A stretch of DNA of 63,957 nucleotides, filler included, from Aduncisulcus paluster (taxonomy: Eukaryota), in NCBI GenBank assembly GCA_024181965.1. It is 13 parts of 13 records of this genome, joined end to end, with 100 filler letters (N's around TTAATTAATTAA, not from the genome) between each part and the next. Parts side by side here need not be neighbours in the genome. Positions count along the whole stretch, not along the records: positions 26,402 to 38,075 come from BQXS01011670.1; positions 38,176 to 40,158 come from BQXS01011671.1; positions 40,259 to 47,275 come from BQXS01011672.1; 10 more parts are not named here. One strand, written 5' to 3'. The notes under the pieces are model-generated. The model did not search any database, had not been told where the DNA came from, and saw only the letters and a list, made by a program, of their open reading frames with translations. The translations under genes and the position numbers were made by a program. Numbering within the stretch: the stretch's first letter is position 1; every line of letters starts with the position of its first letter. Below are positions 35,916 through 47,375 of the stretch, one piece after another.

Positions 35916-36179
35916 AGTTACTTGTATTTCGTGAGCAAAACAGAGACAAAATCTTCTGCACTATTTTTGGTTGACCTCTTGATATCACGCATAATCCCAA
36001 AAAGGAAAACAGATAAATGAGTATTATTCCCAATTCGTAATTTTATTTTAATGAATTCTGTCACGAACCTCAGGTTGAAAAGCTTTCAGAAGACTCTTCT
36101 CAGAAGATAGTCGGACTATTTCCACCGGTGGAGGTTGGGAAACGTCAAGTAAAAAGGGAAAAAAATCACAAATTTATGT

Positions 36180-37148
36180 TTATTTAGTGCACTCTCTGGT
36201 AATTAAAACCATTAATTTGATTAAATCATCCTTATTATCCTCTGACACTTTCTGCTTAGCTTGAGTGATTAGAGATTGAATTAATTCGACATTTGGCCCT
36301 TCGACAATATCATCTTCCTTTGTTACAGGTGTTTCAGTGCTAATTGTCGTTTCAAATGTGGAAGAAGATGCCTTGGGAACCTGCACTTCTCTACTTTTGG
36401 CGAAGGCTGCCCAACAATCCGAAGGGGCTGTTGATTTCTTAGTTTCGAGTTGGGGAACTGCTGATACTGAAGGAATGACAGGTTTTGGATAAGAAATCGA
36501 ATCTGATGGGGGAATATGAGAAGGAGGCGAAATAGTTTCAGTTGGAGAGATATGAGAGGTTGGAGGCATCGAACCTGGAATAGAATGCTTAGTTGGAGCA
36601 ATTGTAGAGGGTGCTATTGAGGAAGTTGTGGGAGTAACGGAAGATTTGGGTTTGGTTCCAAAAGGAACAAGAGGTAATCCTTTTTGAAGATGATCCCGAA
36701 GTTGTTTGATTCTAATTAAACACATTTTCTTCATTCTAGCTGCGGATGCCTTCTCTTGTGGAGTTTCGGCAAGTAATGATAGGATCTCTCCACAACTCAT
36801 GAGTTGGAGATATTGATCAACAAGATTTTGATCATATGGGCCAATAGATTCTATTTTTTTGGTATTTTTCAGAGAAGCATGACATAAAAATCTAGTTTCT
36901 TTCAATCTCTCTGCCATCGGAGGAGCACCCTTTTGGACTTCAGCAAGCAATGGATTAACAAGATCATTAACTTCAGCAGGTAAAGTAGGAAGTTTGGGAC
37001 CGATGGCATCTGGATAATATTCTTTTTGAATCGGAAGGGAACATGCAGTGTAAATAGCAGCAAGTTGAAATTGGTATGATATATTTTTAGCAGCTGAACT
37101 TGTGAGGATAGCCAGTTTTGCGTATTGTTGAGCCTTTGAAAAACTCAT
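36180..37148 (-). CDS. Divergent Vta1/LIP5-like ESCRT protein (tentative)
   Basis: Helical N-terminal region ending KKMCLIRIKQLRDHLQKGLPLVP, a P/S/T-rich linker, and a short C-terminal helical hairpin: the Vta1 architecture. Confidence 0.5.
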   Translation of the reverse strand: MSFSKAQQYAKLAILTSSAAKNISYQFQLAAIYTACSLPIQKEYYPDAIGPKLPTLPAEVNDLVNPLLAEVQKGAPPMAERLKETRFLCHASLKNTKKIESIGPYDQNLVDQYLQLMSCGEILSLLAETPQEKASAARMKKMCLIRIKQLRDHLQKGLPLVPFGTKPKSSVTPTTSSIAPSTIAPTKHSIPGSMPPTSHISPTETISPPSHIPPSDSISYPKPVIPSVSAVPQLETKKSTAPSDCWAAFAKSREVQVPKASSSTFETTISTETPVTKEDDIVEGPNVELIQSLITQAKQKVSEDNKDDLIKLMVLITRECTK

Positions 37149-37406
37149 TTTGAGGGTATGGGATCAAAAGATAGAAGAAGTCACAGAGTGAAAAAGAAAT
37201 CTCATTTGTTTCAAAGGGATTGATTTATTTGTACCGGGTTTAATTTAAAAATGAATTCGGCTGATCTAATCAAAATAAATATTAATGCCATTTTCGAAGC
37301 TTCTATATTTGTGGTTCAATCCCTATTGGGGATTCTCACTGAAAATGGCTTCATTTCTTGCTGTTGCCAAATTTATCTCAGATATCAACCATATAAAGCG
37401 AAACAA

Positions 37407-38075
37407 ATGGAAACTGTAAAACTATTTATTGGAAAGTTACCACCCTCTTATTCTGTCCCAGACCTTAAAGAATGTTTCCGTGCGTTCTTTGTTGAAACGT
37501 ATGTTATTTTCACTGTAATCTGCTGGATATGAAGTATTAAAACGATTCTTATTTATTTTACTCGATTTTACCCATGTATCAATATTATTTCTGCAGTGGC
37601 CACATCACATCCAAATATCCGAAGTGTATCGCTTTCACTACTTGTAATACAGATGATCCTGAAGGTCTCATTGCAAGACTCGATCAGAATATCACCTTTC
37701 ATGGTCATAAACTCAAAGTTGCTCGCGATCGTGGAAAGACGGGGAGAAGACCGTATCCTCATAAACCTCCAAGAATTCCCTCACCACGTATTGATGGAAC
37801 TCCAATAAGCCCACAAAAACCTCGTAAAGAGAGGGCAAAAGTAGAATCTGGGAAGCATAGACCCTATATTCGCAGGAAGAATTCCACCACCCTAACCTCA
37901 AGCTCAACCATAACTCCTCAGTGTATCATTGGTCGTGGTGGGTTTGGAGAAGTTCTTCTTGTTAAAATTGATGGTATTCCTTTCCCATGTGTTCTGAAGA
38001 AGATGCTTGAAGTTGCCGATGAAAAGGTTATCGAAGCTTGTCAGAATGAGTTCAAGACCCAACTCAAGCTGTTTA
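37407..38075 (+). CDS. RRM-like domain fused to a protein kinase N-lobe; intron 37499-37596; 3' truncated
   Basis: KLFIGKLP..YSVPDLKECF (RNP2). GTATGT...GCAG splices in frame to CIAFTT..FHGHKLKVAR, then IIGRGGFGEVLLVK..CVLKKML. Confidence 0.8.
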
Positions 38076-38175
38076 NNNNNNNNNNNNNNNNNNNNNNNNN
38101 NNNNNNNNNNNNNNNNNNNTTAATTAATTAANNNNNNNNNNNNNNNNNNNNNNNNNNNNNNNNNNNNNNNNNNNN

Positions 38176-38513
38176 GGGAGAAAAGTGGCAAATTGTTGGT
38201 CATTGATCTTAATATTGGTGAATTCAATGCTCACAACTTCAGGAAGATGACGAACAACATGTTTAACCAAAACAGCCTCTTGGTTGGTCATGAAAACAGG
38301 AATGGGAGATGAAATGGGAAGAACTTCCGCTGCCTTTCCAGTCTGTTCCAAAATTAAGGACAGTTTCGTCAGATTAGTTGCTTTAAGAGCAGTCAGAATA
38401 TCTTCAAAGGGAACCAGTGGCTCATCAACATCGGGTACAGCAACCTGTTCCTTTTCACCACCAAAAATGGATTTCACACTCTCCAAAATGTTCTGAAAAA
38501 ATCCTTTTGACAT
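38176..38513 (-). CDS. N-terminus of a probable LRR protein (3' truncated)
   Basis: ATG at 38513, open to the contig end; LTKLSL and VVSIEFTNIKINDQQF are LRR-like. Confidence 0.5.
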
Positions 38514-39622
38514 ATGATACCGATAAATAATTTGAAAAAAAATAAATTAAGTAACAAAAACAAACGCTGGGAAGCAATTTGGATTTCGAGATCAAGATAA
38601 TGATAATAGAACAATTTCATTGGAAAATATATGCACATAGAGATATGTCTACATTTTATTTCCGGATATTTATTCTATAATCTAACTATAGCAGTCTCCA
38701 CAGGGAGTTCGGAGATCGAATCGGTGTAAGACACAGTCAGGAGCGAAGCTTTATTTATTTATCTCATGTGTAGGTGACGTAAGAAGAAGGCTCATAACCT
38801 CAGGAAAGGGTCACCCTTCCACACCGTGTGGAAGGAGCCGCAGCGGCTCAGCCGCTCCTTAGGACGGATCAATAGAAACTATAGAAAGATCGACTATAAT
38901 AAGAAAAAACCTTAAATCTGCCCACTATCTATCTACAGGAAACCACGCCTGCGAGACACACACAGAACGGTGAGTAAAGGGAAATAGGAGACGGTGATTG
39001 TGGATAGTTTCTGAAGTGGCATGTCCACTGACAGCGGAGTTCATAGAATTGACGATTCAAAGTATTGACAAAATTACAGGTACTAGTAGTACTAGTCTAG
39101 TACCACTGTGGTAGCATAAAAACACACTCGAAAAGAGGAAGTAATCTGGTAATATACACAAGAAAAAACGAAAATTATTAAGAATTATTTCACAAAAGCC
39201 GGAGAATCATGCTGTGCATAATAAAGATCGAGAGCTTGCTTTAGATCACCAGATTCTTCTTCTAACCTCTTAATACACTCAGAAATAGACAAACCAGTTA
39301 AGGCAGAGAATTTTTTAACGTCATCATCATTTACCATTATTTAGATTCCACCAATAATGAACCCAACTCTCCTCTGATGCTCATTCAGCATAAATACACA
39401 TACAAATAATTAATATATACCATAATACACTTTATAAATAAATATTAATTCCTAAAATGGGAAAAATATATTTGATTCGATGATTACGTCAATTTTGATT
39501 GATTGAAGGGATTTTGCTCGCTTTCAAGATAGTACGTTCTTTTTATTGAGTTTAAATATCTTGTTATATTCATCTTATTTTACTTTTATTAATTTTTTCT
39601 AATAGAAGGAGCGGTTTCGATT

Positions 39623-40158
39623 ATGGTGATAAAAAAGGATAATCGAGGAAAGTCAAAGGGATCCAGCAAAGGTACTCCTGCTAAAAAACAAAAATCTGAA
39701 AAAACTTCAAAGAATAATACCGATAAAAAAGCAGTTCGTCGCCTTCCTGAGGGTAAAGTTCTTCATGGTGTCAGTGGGGTTCTCAAGAATCCCGAAAAAA
39801 GGAAAACTCTCGAGGAATTGTTAAAGGATCAGGCAAAAAGGGAGAAACGTCTCAAACATCAAAAATATAGAGAAAATAGGAAAGTGATAAAAGAGAGAAG
39901 ATTGGCCATGTCTAAGCAGAAAAGGAAGGCATTTTATGAAAGTGATCAATATAAGAAACAACAAGAAGAATTATGGAAGAAAAAAGTGGAATCGGCGTCG
40001 AGGATTGATAAGTTGAAGAAGTTAGAATTGAAACAAATGAGCATACGAGAAGAACAAAGGAAAGAGGAGCAAAAAAAGAAGAAAGAACAAGAAGAGGAAA
40101 GGATAAGAAAGGTTCGTGCCAGAAACGCAAAGAGGCATAGACATATGACCAAAAAGGG
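39623..40158 (+). CDS. K/R/E-rich protein, possibly FYV7/TAP26 (CCDC59) rRNA-processing family; 3' truncated
   Basis: Basic coiled coil ending MTKKG at the contig edge, compatible with the family TKKGQP motif. Confidence 0.5.
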
Positions 40159-40258
40159 NNNNNNNNNNNNNNNNNNNNNNNNNNNNNNNNNNNNNNNNNN
40201 NNTTAATTAATTAANNNNNNNNNNNNNNNNNNNNNNNNNNNNNNNNNNNNNNNNNNNN

Positions 40259-41819
40259 TTCGAATCTTTCTTTGATGATTTTCTATCCTTTTTCTCTTTC
40301 AATGTTCTGTCAGACTTTCCAGCTGTTAGTTCATCTTCCATTGTGAATTCCTGAATAAATAAATCCAAATTTGCACCTTTTCCCTGTTTTTTATCCATTT
40401 CCCATTGTATATTGCCTTTAATCTCTTTCCTAAAATCACTATTTCCATTCCAACATCGGACAGAAGTTTCTTTTTTCCTCCAATTGTTATTAGAGGGACA
40501 TTTTCTTTTTCTAATTCCTCTCATTTGCATTCCTACAATTGCAATATTATCATACTCAGAAGAAACATATTTATCCGCTTTCTTTTTGTGTTTCTTTTCT
40601 GTTTTACATGAGGATGCAATCTCACCCTTCTTTCCTGATTCCTGGGCCAAGTACACTCCGAGTTCATCGGCTATTCTTTCCCCTATCCACTCACACGCCA
40701 CTCTCCTGGGCTGTGTAAGAGTAATTGAGAGAGGACGGATCGAGGGGAGGAGGAAAGATGGAAGAAGAGCTGTGGGAGAAGAAGAGGAAGAAGAGGAAGA
40801 AGAGGAAGAAGAGGAAGAAGAGGAAGAGATAGGAATATAGGAAAACGGAGGTAATTCACCCTCTTTATAAAGAGTGGGATGAGTTGGAGTATCATCTGAG
40901 TCTCTATCAATAGATTCATGAGAAGAATGGGATAGTTTATGTTGTCTCCAAGATTCTACGATATTTTTCTTCTCTGATAGACCATGACCATCCGTGATGA
41001 TATCCCACACACCTGCACAATGGAGATAAGGGGAATGACGGGGAAGAGAGGAGGAAGGGAACCGTGGAAGAGATATAGATGGAGGCATTGATGCGGAATA
41101 GGAAGTAGATTGTCGTTTTGAGCTTTGGAGTTTATGTTTCTTTAGATTAGAGCCGCGATGAATAGAATCCTTATCTTGGATCGGATATCTTGGAATATCC
41201 TTTAATTGTTCTTCAAACCACAAAGACACTTTCCGGGTAATCAAAGAACATTCGTAACTCCCTTCAGAACCTTGAGAGTGAGAAAAAATTGATTCGAGAA
41301 ATATCTGTGGAATTTGAGTTGTCTAAGAAATATATTGGAATAAAAAAATATTTAATGTAAATCTAAGTTGGTTGAAAATATTTGACAACACAGATGGAAT
41401 CTGAAATCTGTTGTTTTACATACCTTTCCACTTCCGGTGGCACCACAAACAATCATCATGTCTTCATCTTCAAGGGCTGAGAGAAGAGACGCCTCTTCAA
41501 TCAACACAGGTAACTTTTCTCGTGAAGTTTGAAGATTAGATGGTCTTGGAAATCGCAAACGAAGGCGCCTAACCATTTCTTTTTTATCTTGAGATATCTT
41601 GTCTTTGTACTGAATTGAATCAATATCATGAACTATTTTATCCTTTCCTAATGCAGGGAGTGAAGGTAAAGTTTGTATTACAGGAGCTATTGTGGGGATT
41701 TCTTTGATTGAAGATGATGATGACCAAGAAGAAGATTCTTCATCATCTATCCATCTCCTTTTGCCTTCAACTTCATTTTTATCCGAAATAGAGGAATTTT
41801 GAAACCTATTTTGACTCAT
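40259..41819 (-). CDS. DEAH-box RNA helicase N-terminal part (DHX37/DHR1-like); intron 41423-41323; 3' truncated
   Basis: REKLPVLIEE; CGATGSGK|TTQIPQ restored by GTATGT...TTAG splicing; motif Ia TQPRRVA. Confidence 0.88.
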
Positions 41820-42243
41820 AAAGGTTCAATAATAGAGTTTTGAATTTTCGATACAATGGATAAAACTCAGAGACTATTAATGATCTGAAAAGTGATTAAT
41901 AAGGATTTATATTGGGATTTTGGACATTTATTTAAAACATAAAGTACATATTAGAAATTTTCCTGTATCTTGCAAAATAATTGATTAGTTGAGATGCAAC
42001 AAGGATATTTAGTGTTGTCGAAATAAATATTCTTCCATTTCATATATTATCTTACATGAATTCAACATGTATAGCAAAATGATTTTGCAATTTTTGATTG
42101 GACCCCATAATAATAATAAAAAGAAAAGAAAAATATATAAAATGTGATAATACTATAATTTGCAATATTTTTTATGTTCCCAATCATATTGTTTTTGCTC
42201 TTGTATCGATTTGCTTTTTTTTTATTGATTTTGATTCCTTCCT

Positions 42244-44028
42244 ATGACTAGTCATTTTGCAGAACAAGTTTTTCTTCCTGGACAACGTAAAGCTGGACAA
42301 GAGGTGAGAGATGACCTCGCTGCTGCAGCTTCTGGAGTTGCTACTTCTGTTAGATCTACATATGGACCTGTTGGTTGTGATAAACTTCTTGTGTCTGTTG
42401 TCGGTGATGTTTTGATTACTAATGATGGAGCAACAATTGTTTCCCATCTTTCTGAAAAACATCCTGCTGCTCGTCATATTATCGAAGCTGCCGGAAGGCA
42501 AGATGAAGAAGTTGGTGATGGAACCACTTCTGTTGTTTTATTGACTGCTGATCTTCTCCAACGTGCAACCGTTTTGGTGTCTAGGGGAGTTCATCCCACA
42601 GTTGTTATCAGTGGATTGAGAAATGCTTCTAAAAAGGCTTTAAAGATCATAAAAAGACATCTCGTCAAGTCTGTTGACGAACTTGAAGAAAAAACACTGC
42701 TCCAAGTTGCTTCTACCTCAATGAGTTCTAAAATTATTGGTAGTGAAGTTGAATTATTCTCCAATATTGTTGTCAAAGCCATGCAATCTGTCAAATCTAA
42801 AACTGCTAGTGGAGATGCCATTTATCCAGTGAAAGCTGTATCAATTCTTAAATGCCCCGGAAGACCCATTGCTGAAAGTGAATTGCTCAATGGATATGGT
42901 TTCCCTGGTGATCGTGCTTCAAAATTGATGCCAAATCTGGTAAACGGTGCTAAAATTGCTATGTTGGACTTCGATTTGAAAAAGAAACGTCTCGGAATGG
43001 GTATAGAGATGAAAGTTGAGAATGCCGAAGATTTGGAAGGAATGCAGGAAAAGGAGAGCGAAATGGCTATCGCTGATGTTAAATTGGTTTTATCTAGTGG
43101 TTGTAATGTTGTTATGACCACCCAAGGTATCGATGATTTATGTATGCAATATTTGGTTAGAGCTGGAGTTCTCGCTGTTAGAAGAGTTCCCAAGTCTGAT
43201 CTTAAGCGTATCGCCAAGGCTACTGGTGGTGAGGTTGTTTCTTCTCTTGCTTCTGACATTGGTATTGGTGAAGACGAAGTGTTTGATGCTTCAACTCTTG
43301 GAGAGAGTGAATCCGTCAGTGTGGAGGAGATTGGTCGTCATGATCATATTGTTTTAATCAATGGGTGCAAAAATACTGCTGCCAGAACTATATTGCTCCG
43401 TGGTCCCAACCTTCACCTTCTCGACGAGATTGACAGAAGTGTTCATGATTCTCTCTGTGCTGTTAGCAAGGCTCTTACGAAAAAGTTTGTTGTCGCGGGA
43501 GGTGGTGCTGTTGAAACATGTTTGTCCACTATTATCTCTGAGATGGCTGACCACATGGATAGTAAGGAAGCTGTTGGTCTCAGAGCTTTCGCTGAGTCTT
43601 TACTTTCCCTCCCCAAGCAACTTGCCACAAATGCTGCCCTTGATTCTACTGATTTGATTGCTGCTCTTCAGGCCAAGCATCATGAAGGTGTTGCTGCTCT
43701 ATGTTCCATCAGTGAGCATGGTTCTCCAGAGATCTTCTTGGAAAAGGAGAGCCATATACTTTCTGCCCCTGAAGAAGAGGAGATCAAGCTCAGGAAGGCT
43801 GCTTTCAAGAAATTCAAGGAGACATGTTTCTATGGTTTGAATGTTCTTACTGGAGAGGTTCGTAATAACTTAATGGCTGGTGTTTTAGAGCCTGCTATTA
43901 GCAAAGCTAAGACCATTAAAACTGCTATTGATACTGTTATTCAGCTTTTGAGAGTTGATGAACGAGTCATCATCCAACCTCCTAAACAAGATCCTAGACA
44001 ACAACATCCGGGTGGTGGTATGATGTAA
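42244..44028 (+). CDS. TCP1: T-complex protein 1 subunit alpha
   Basis: STYGPVGCDKLLV, ITNDGATI, QDEEVGDGTTSVV, SMSSKIIG, YPVKAVSILK, VVAGGGAVE, GVLEPAISK. Confidence 0.95.
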   Translation: MTSHFAEQVFLPGQRKAGQEVRDDLAAAASGVATSVRSTYGPVGCDKLLVSVVGDVLITNDGATIVSHLSEKHPAARHIIEAAGRQDEEVGDGTTSVVLLTADLLQRATVLVSRGVHPTVVISGLRNASKKALKIIKRHLVKSVDELEEKTLLQVASTSMSSKIIGSEVELFSNIVVKAMQSVKSKTASGDAIYPVKAVSILKCPGRPIAESELLNGYGFPGDRASKLMPNLVNGAKIAMLDFDLKKKRLGMGIEMKVENAEDLEGMQEKESEMAIADVKLVLSSGCNVVMTTQGIDDLCMQYLVRAGVLAVRRVPKSDLKRIAKATGGEVVSSLASDIGIGEDEVFDASTLGESESVSVEEIGRHDHIVLINGCKNTAARTILLRGPNLHLLDEIDRSVHDSLCAVSKALTKKFVVAGGGAVETCLSTIISEMADHMDSKEAVGLRAFAESLLSLPKQLATNAALDSTDLIAALQAKHHEGVAALCSISEHGSPEIFLEKESHILSAPEEEEIKLRKAAFKKFKETCFYGLNVLTGEVRNNLMAGVLEPAISKAKTIKTAIDTVIQLLRVDERVIIQPPKQDPRQQHPGGGMM

Positions 44029-44420
44029 TAGAACAAAATAAAGGATATTACAAATCTTATTTGTGAAATCCGAAATGATCAATTTTGGCCCGGTTCGGCC
44101 AGGCTGGTTTTATCACGTTAATTCTTTGAAAGCTTTCAATCTATGTGATAATATCTGGTAACTAAAGATATATTTTTGACTCCATTCTTCTGTACTATCG
44201 ATATTTCCCTCGGGGTGGATTTTTACATTTTTGACTCACACTGGTGATTAGGGGGCGAATATGCTCTAATCTTCGTATATATTTCGAAATAAAAATAGAC
44301 AAATTATTGGATCGTAGTGTTTTAAACAAATTTAACTTTATAATATTGAGGATAATTGAATTTTCAAGTTGAAAAAAAAAATCTGGGGTTTTGCCCACTT
44401 ACTTTGGAAGATATTTTGAA

Positions 44421-45376
44421 ATGGATATTTCTCAAAGGCAAGAACAATTTCATAAAGTTGAATTTGAACCTTTATTCAAGGATTCTTGGAGACACTTCGT
44501 CGACAATTTTGTATGTTCAATTTTGGTCTGTATTGTTTTATCTATGTCAATAATTTACTTATATTTGTTGTTATTTAGGTCCATTATTTACTTGTTGGCT
44601 TGCAATTTTATGCTATTCAAGTTGTAATTGAATTTCTCTTTTATCTTCCTGCTTCCATGGTTTGGCTTCCAATAATTATTGCAATCCTATTTTACATTTT
44701 TGTCTTCCCTATTCTTTATATTGCCTTCTTCAAAAACATCTATGAATTAAAGACCAAGGGACATGCACAAATTAATATTTTTGCTGAATCTATGCCTTTC
44801 TTTAGACAAGGATACTGGGGACACGTTGGATTTTTCTGGGTTTGGGCTTGCCTCCAGGTTCTTGGAGTTATTTGCTTGGTCATTGGAGTCTTTTTCACAC
44901 TCTCCATTTTCACTCCTGGTTTCTGTATGCGCCAATATAATACTAGCCTTACCGTTGGGCAAACTCTTCGCCGCTGTTGGGCCGCTGGAATGTCCTATAA
45001 TAATTGGTTTAAGGGTAGCTTAGCAAGTCTTATCATCCAAGTCATTATTATTCCTTTGTCCCTTGTTGGTTGGCTTTCAACCTCAGTTTTCTGGTTAATC
45101 ATGAGTTACATAATATTTGGAGTGATTATTACCATTTTGGGTATAGTTTTCTGGGGGATTTTTGTCACAATGTTCTGGAGAGCCTCTGATGCTGAGGTTG
45201 CTCAATCCGAAGATGCTAGACCTTACCCCAGCAACATTCACGCTCCAGTCGCATCACATAATGAATTCGAACAACCAGAATACGTAGATCCCCAAGCTGA
45301 ACCTGTTCATGATACTGTTCCTGTTGATGAAGGTGCCATTGAAGGTTTCGGAACTGTCGGTGACGATATTGTGTAA
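44421..45376 (+). CDS. Multi-pass membrane protein of unknown function; intron 44511-44578
   Basis: 30-codon exon 1 and a phase-0 GTATGT...TTAG intron join the 44600 ORF; several hydrophobic helices and an acidic tail. Confidence 0.8.
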
Positions 45377-45717
45377 TTTGGTAATTGTTTTGAGTGATTT
45401 AATTAAAATACGTGAATTATTCAAGCTCAAAACCAAATTTTTTTTTCCTCTTTATTGAAAGTTTTGTCGTTGACTCAATAACTAGGATAATTACTTTTAT
45501 AACATTGTTCTATCCATCTCATATCTCTTAAATTCTTTTTCAGATATTGCATTCTAGTAAATTGTTTCTGACAAACACATATTTGATCCGATTTCCAGTC
45601 GAAATTAGCAATCACATGATCTTCAAGACTTCTTCAAGGGCCTGTGACAAAAGAAACCAAAAATAAAAAATAAAAACATAAAATTACTGTGAAAAAAGGG
45701 TGAATTCTGATAGCCAT

Positions 45718-47275
45718 CTACCAATCAGATTCATCACTCATGTCATTGTTGACTTGGCTTGTGTCGATAAGGGATTGCAAAGATGGGAATGAAATTCCTT
45801 CTGAATCTTCCCTCTCTTTCTTGATGCTCTCAAGCAGATCCTGAGGGAACGATGGGAGTGGATCGGGAGAACGTTGCATGGCTTCGAAGGAGGAAATGGG
45901 ATCTTGTTGGGCTGCCAGAAGGGATGGGAGAGAGGGATCCTGGGTTGCTCCATCATGATGCATTGTCTTGCTACCAATTGAGTGGGCCCTACGATGGGAT
46001 GATGTGGTTGGATGGACAGGAATATGTGATTTGGTCTTTTCAAAAATAGATGGAACAGGTTGAGCCTTAAATTCTTCGAAATCGTCACTGTTTTCGAGAC
46101 CAAATGGATTATTATCCGTTTCAAATGTTGTACCAGACTTTGAAAGAGATTTAGACTGCACGTATTCAGGCGTAAAGTCCAGTTCATCATCAAGGAAGGG
46201 ATCATAGTTGTGCACGGACTTCGATGAAGAATGAGAAGAATCCTTGGATGTCTTCTTTTTGGAGTCTTTGGAGGATTTTTGCTTCTCTTTCTTATCTGTC
46301 GAACGAGATTCAGCCTTCTTATCATGTTTCTTTTGATGATCAACTTGTTGCTCAGGTGAAAATGACTCTTTCTGCATAGGTTTGAATTCAGCTCCACTAA
46401 GATCAAAGATATCATCCTCTTCCTTCGCTTTTTGAACAGTTCCCTTCATCGCGGAGGCTTGTATCACAGAATCGTGCATCTCCTCTTCATGTGCGTGAAC
46501 CCCCAACTTTCCAAGAAGTTCCATGTCATTTGTAGAGAGCTTAATGCCACCAGCTGCCGCCATACTCCCTGCTGCAATGTCGATGCTCCCCTTGATATGT
46601 TTCTCCCTCTTGTTGACTTGAGCAATTAATGAATGGAGATCGGGGAGATCAATTTCATCGGGTTGAGGTTTCTTCTTATCTTTGGCCACAGCTACAAATT
46701 CCCTGAGTTCCCGTTCATATGCATAATAACTCCCACTCTGACCACCTTCTCCAGTACCACAGCCAAGCGTTCTACCAAATTCCTCAAGAACTCGACCAGA
46801 TGAATCCATTCCCATTTGGCTTAAGTTAATTTCAAGTTGAATCAAGTCTCGAAAGGTCTGAGTGATCACCAAATGCCGTCTCATGTCAACTTCTTGGAGC
46901 TGAGTAAGCATCAGGGAGGAACTATCCTCAAACTCTCGGTTCTTCTGGAGAAGGAAAGATAACTGTGTCAAAAAGGCCTCTTTGGCATCCTTATATTCGA
47001 AATATGCATCTTTTGTACTTGAAATAAGGGATGGATAACGTTTGGAATCATGATGAACTTTCTGCGTTTTTTCAATCGCTTTTCGCAGCTTAAGTAACGC
47101 TTTTTCTGTATATTTCCGATATTTGTTCGTATTATTGGCGTAATTGTACATGTCCTTTACAAGATCTTCATACTCAGACTTGGCCTTTTCTCCAGCGACC
47201 TTCAATTCGTTTTTAACACGAGAAAGACGAGGAATCAGACCATCTCGTATTTTTTGTGCAGCACTCTTATACATT
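45718..47275 (-). CDS. F-BAR-like coiled-coil protein with NPF/DPF motifs (5' truncated)
   Basis: Helical N-terminal half with LTQLQEVDMRR; disordered tail containing YDPF and NNPF. Confidence 0.55.
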
Positions 47276-47375
47276 NNNNNNNNNNNNNNNNNNNNNNNNN
47301 NNNNNNNNNNNNNNNNNNNTTAATTAATTAANNNNNNNNNNNNNNNNNNNNNNNNNNNNNNNNNNNNNNNNNNNN

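Noticed and set aside
36066..36132. CRISPR array or heat-shock element reading of the palindrome chains
   Set aside because: No constant repeat with spacers and no cas genes; GAA/TTC spacing does not fit nGAAn arrays.
38800..38980. RNase P/MRP- or SRP-like motifs (CAGGAAAG..., ACAGAAC...)
   Set aside because: The P4 strands do not pair in the required register, and there is no SRP helix-8 GNRA/AGCA arrangement.
44109..44151. Hairpin TTATCAC...TTGAAAGCTTTCAA...GTGATAA after CCT-alpha
   Set aside because: AT-rich, even-centred and single; no basis to call a terminator or RNA.
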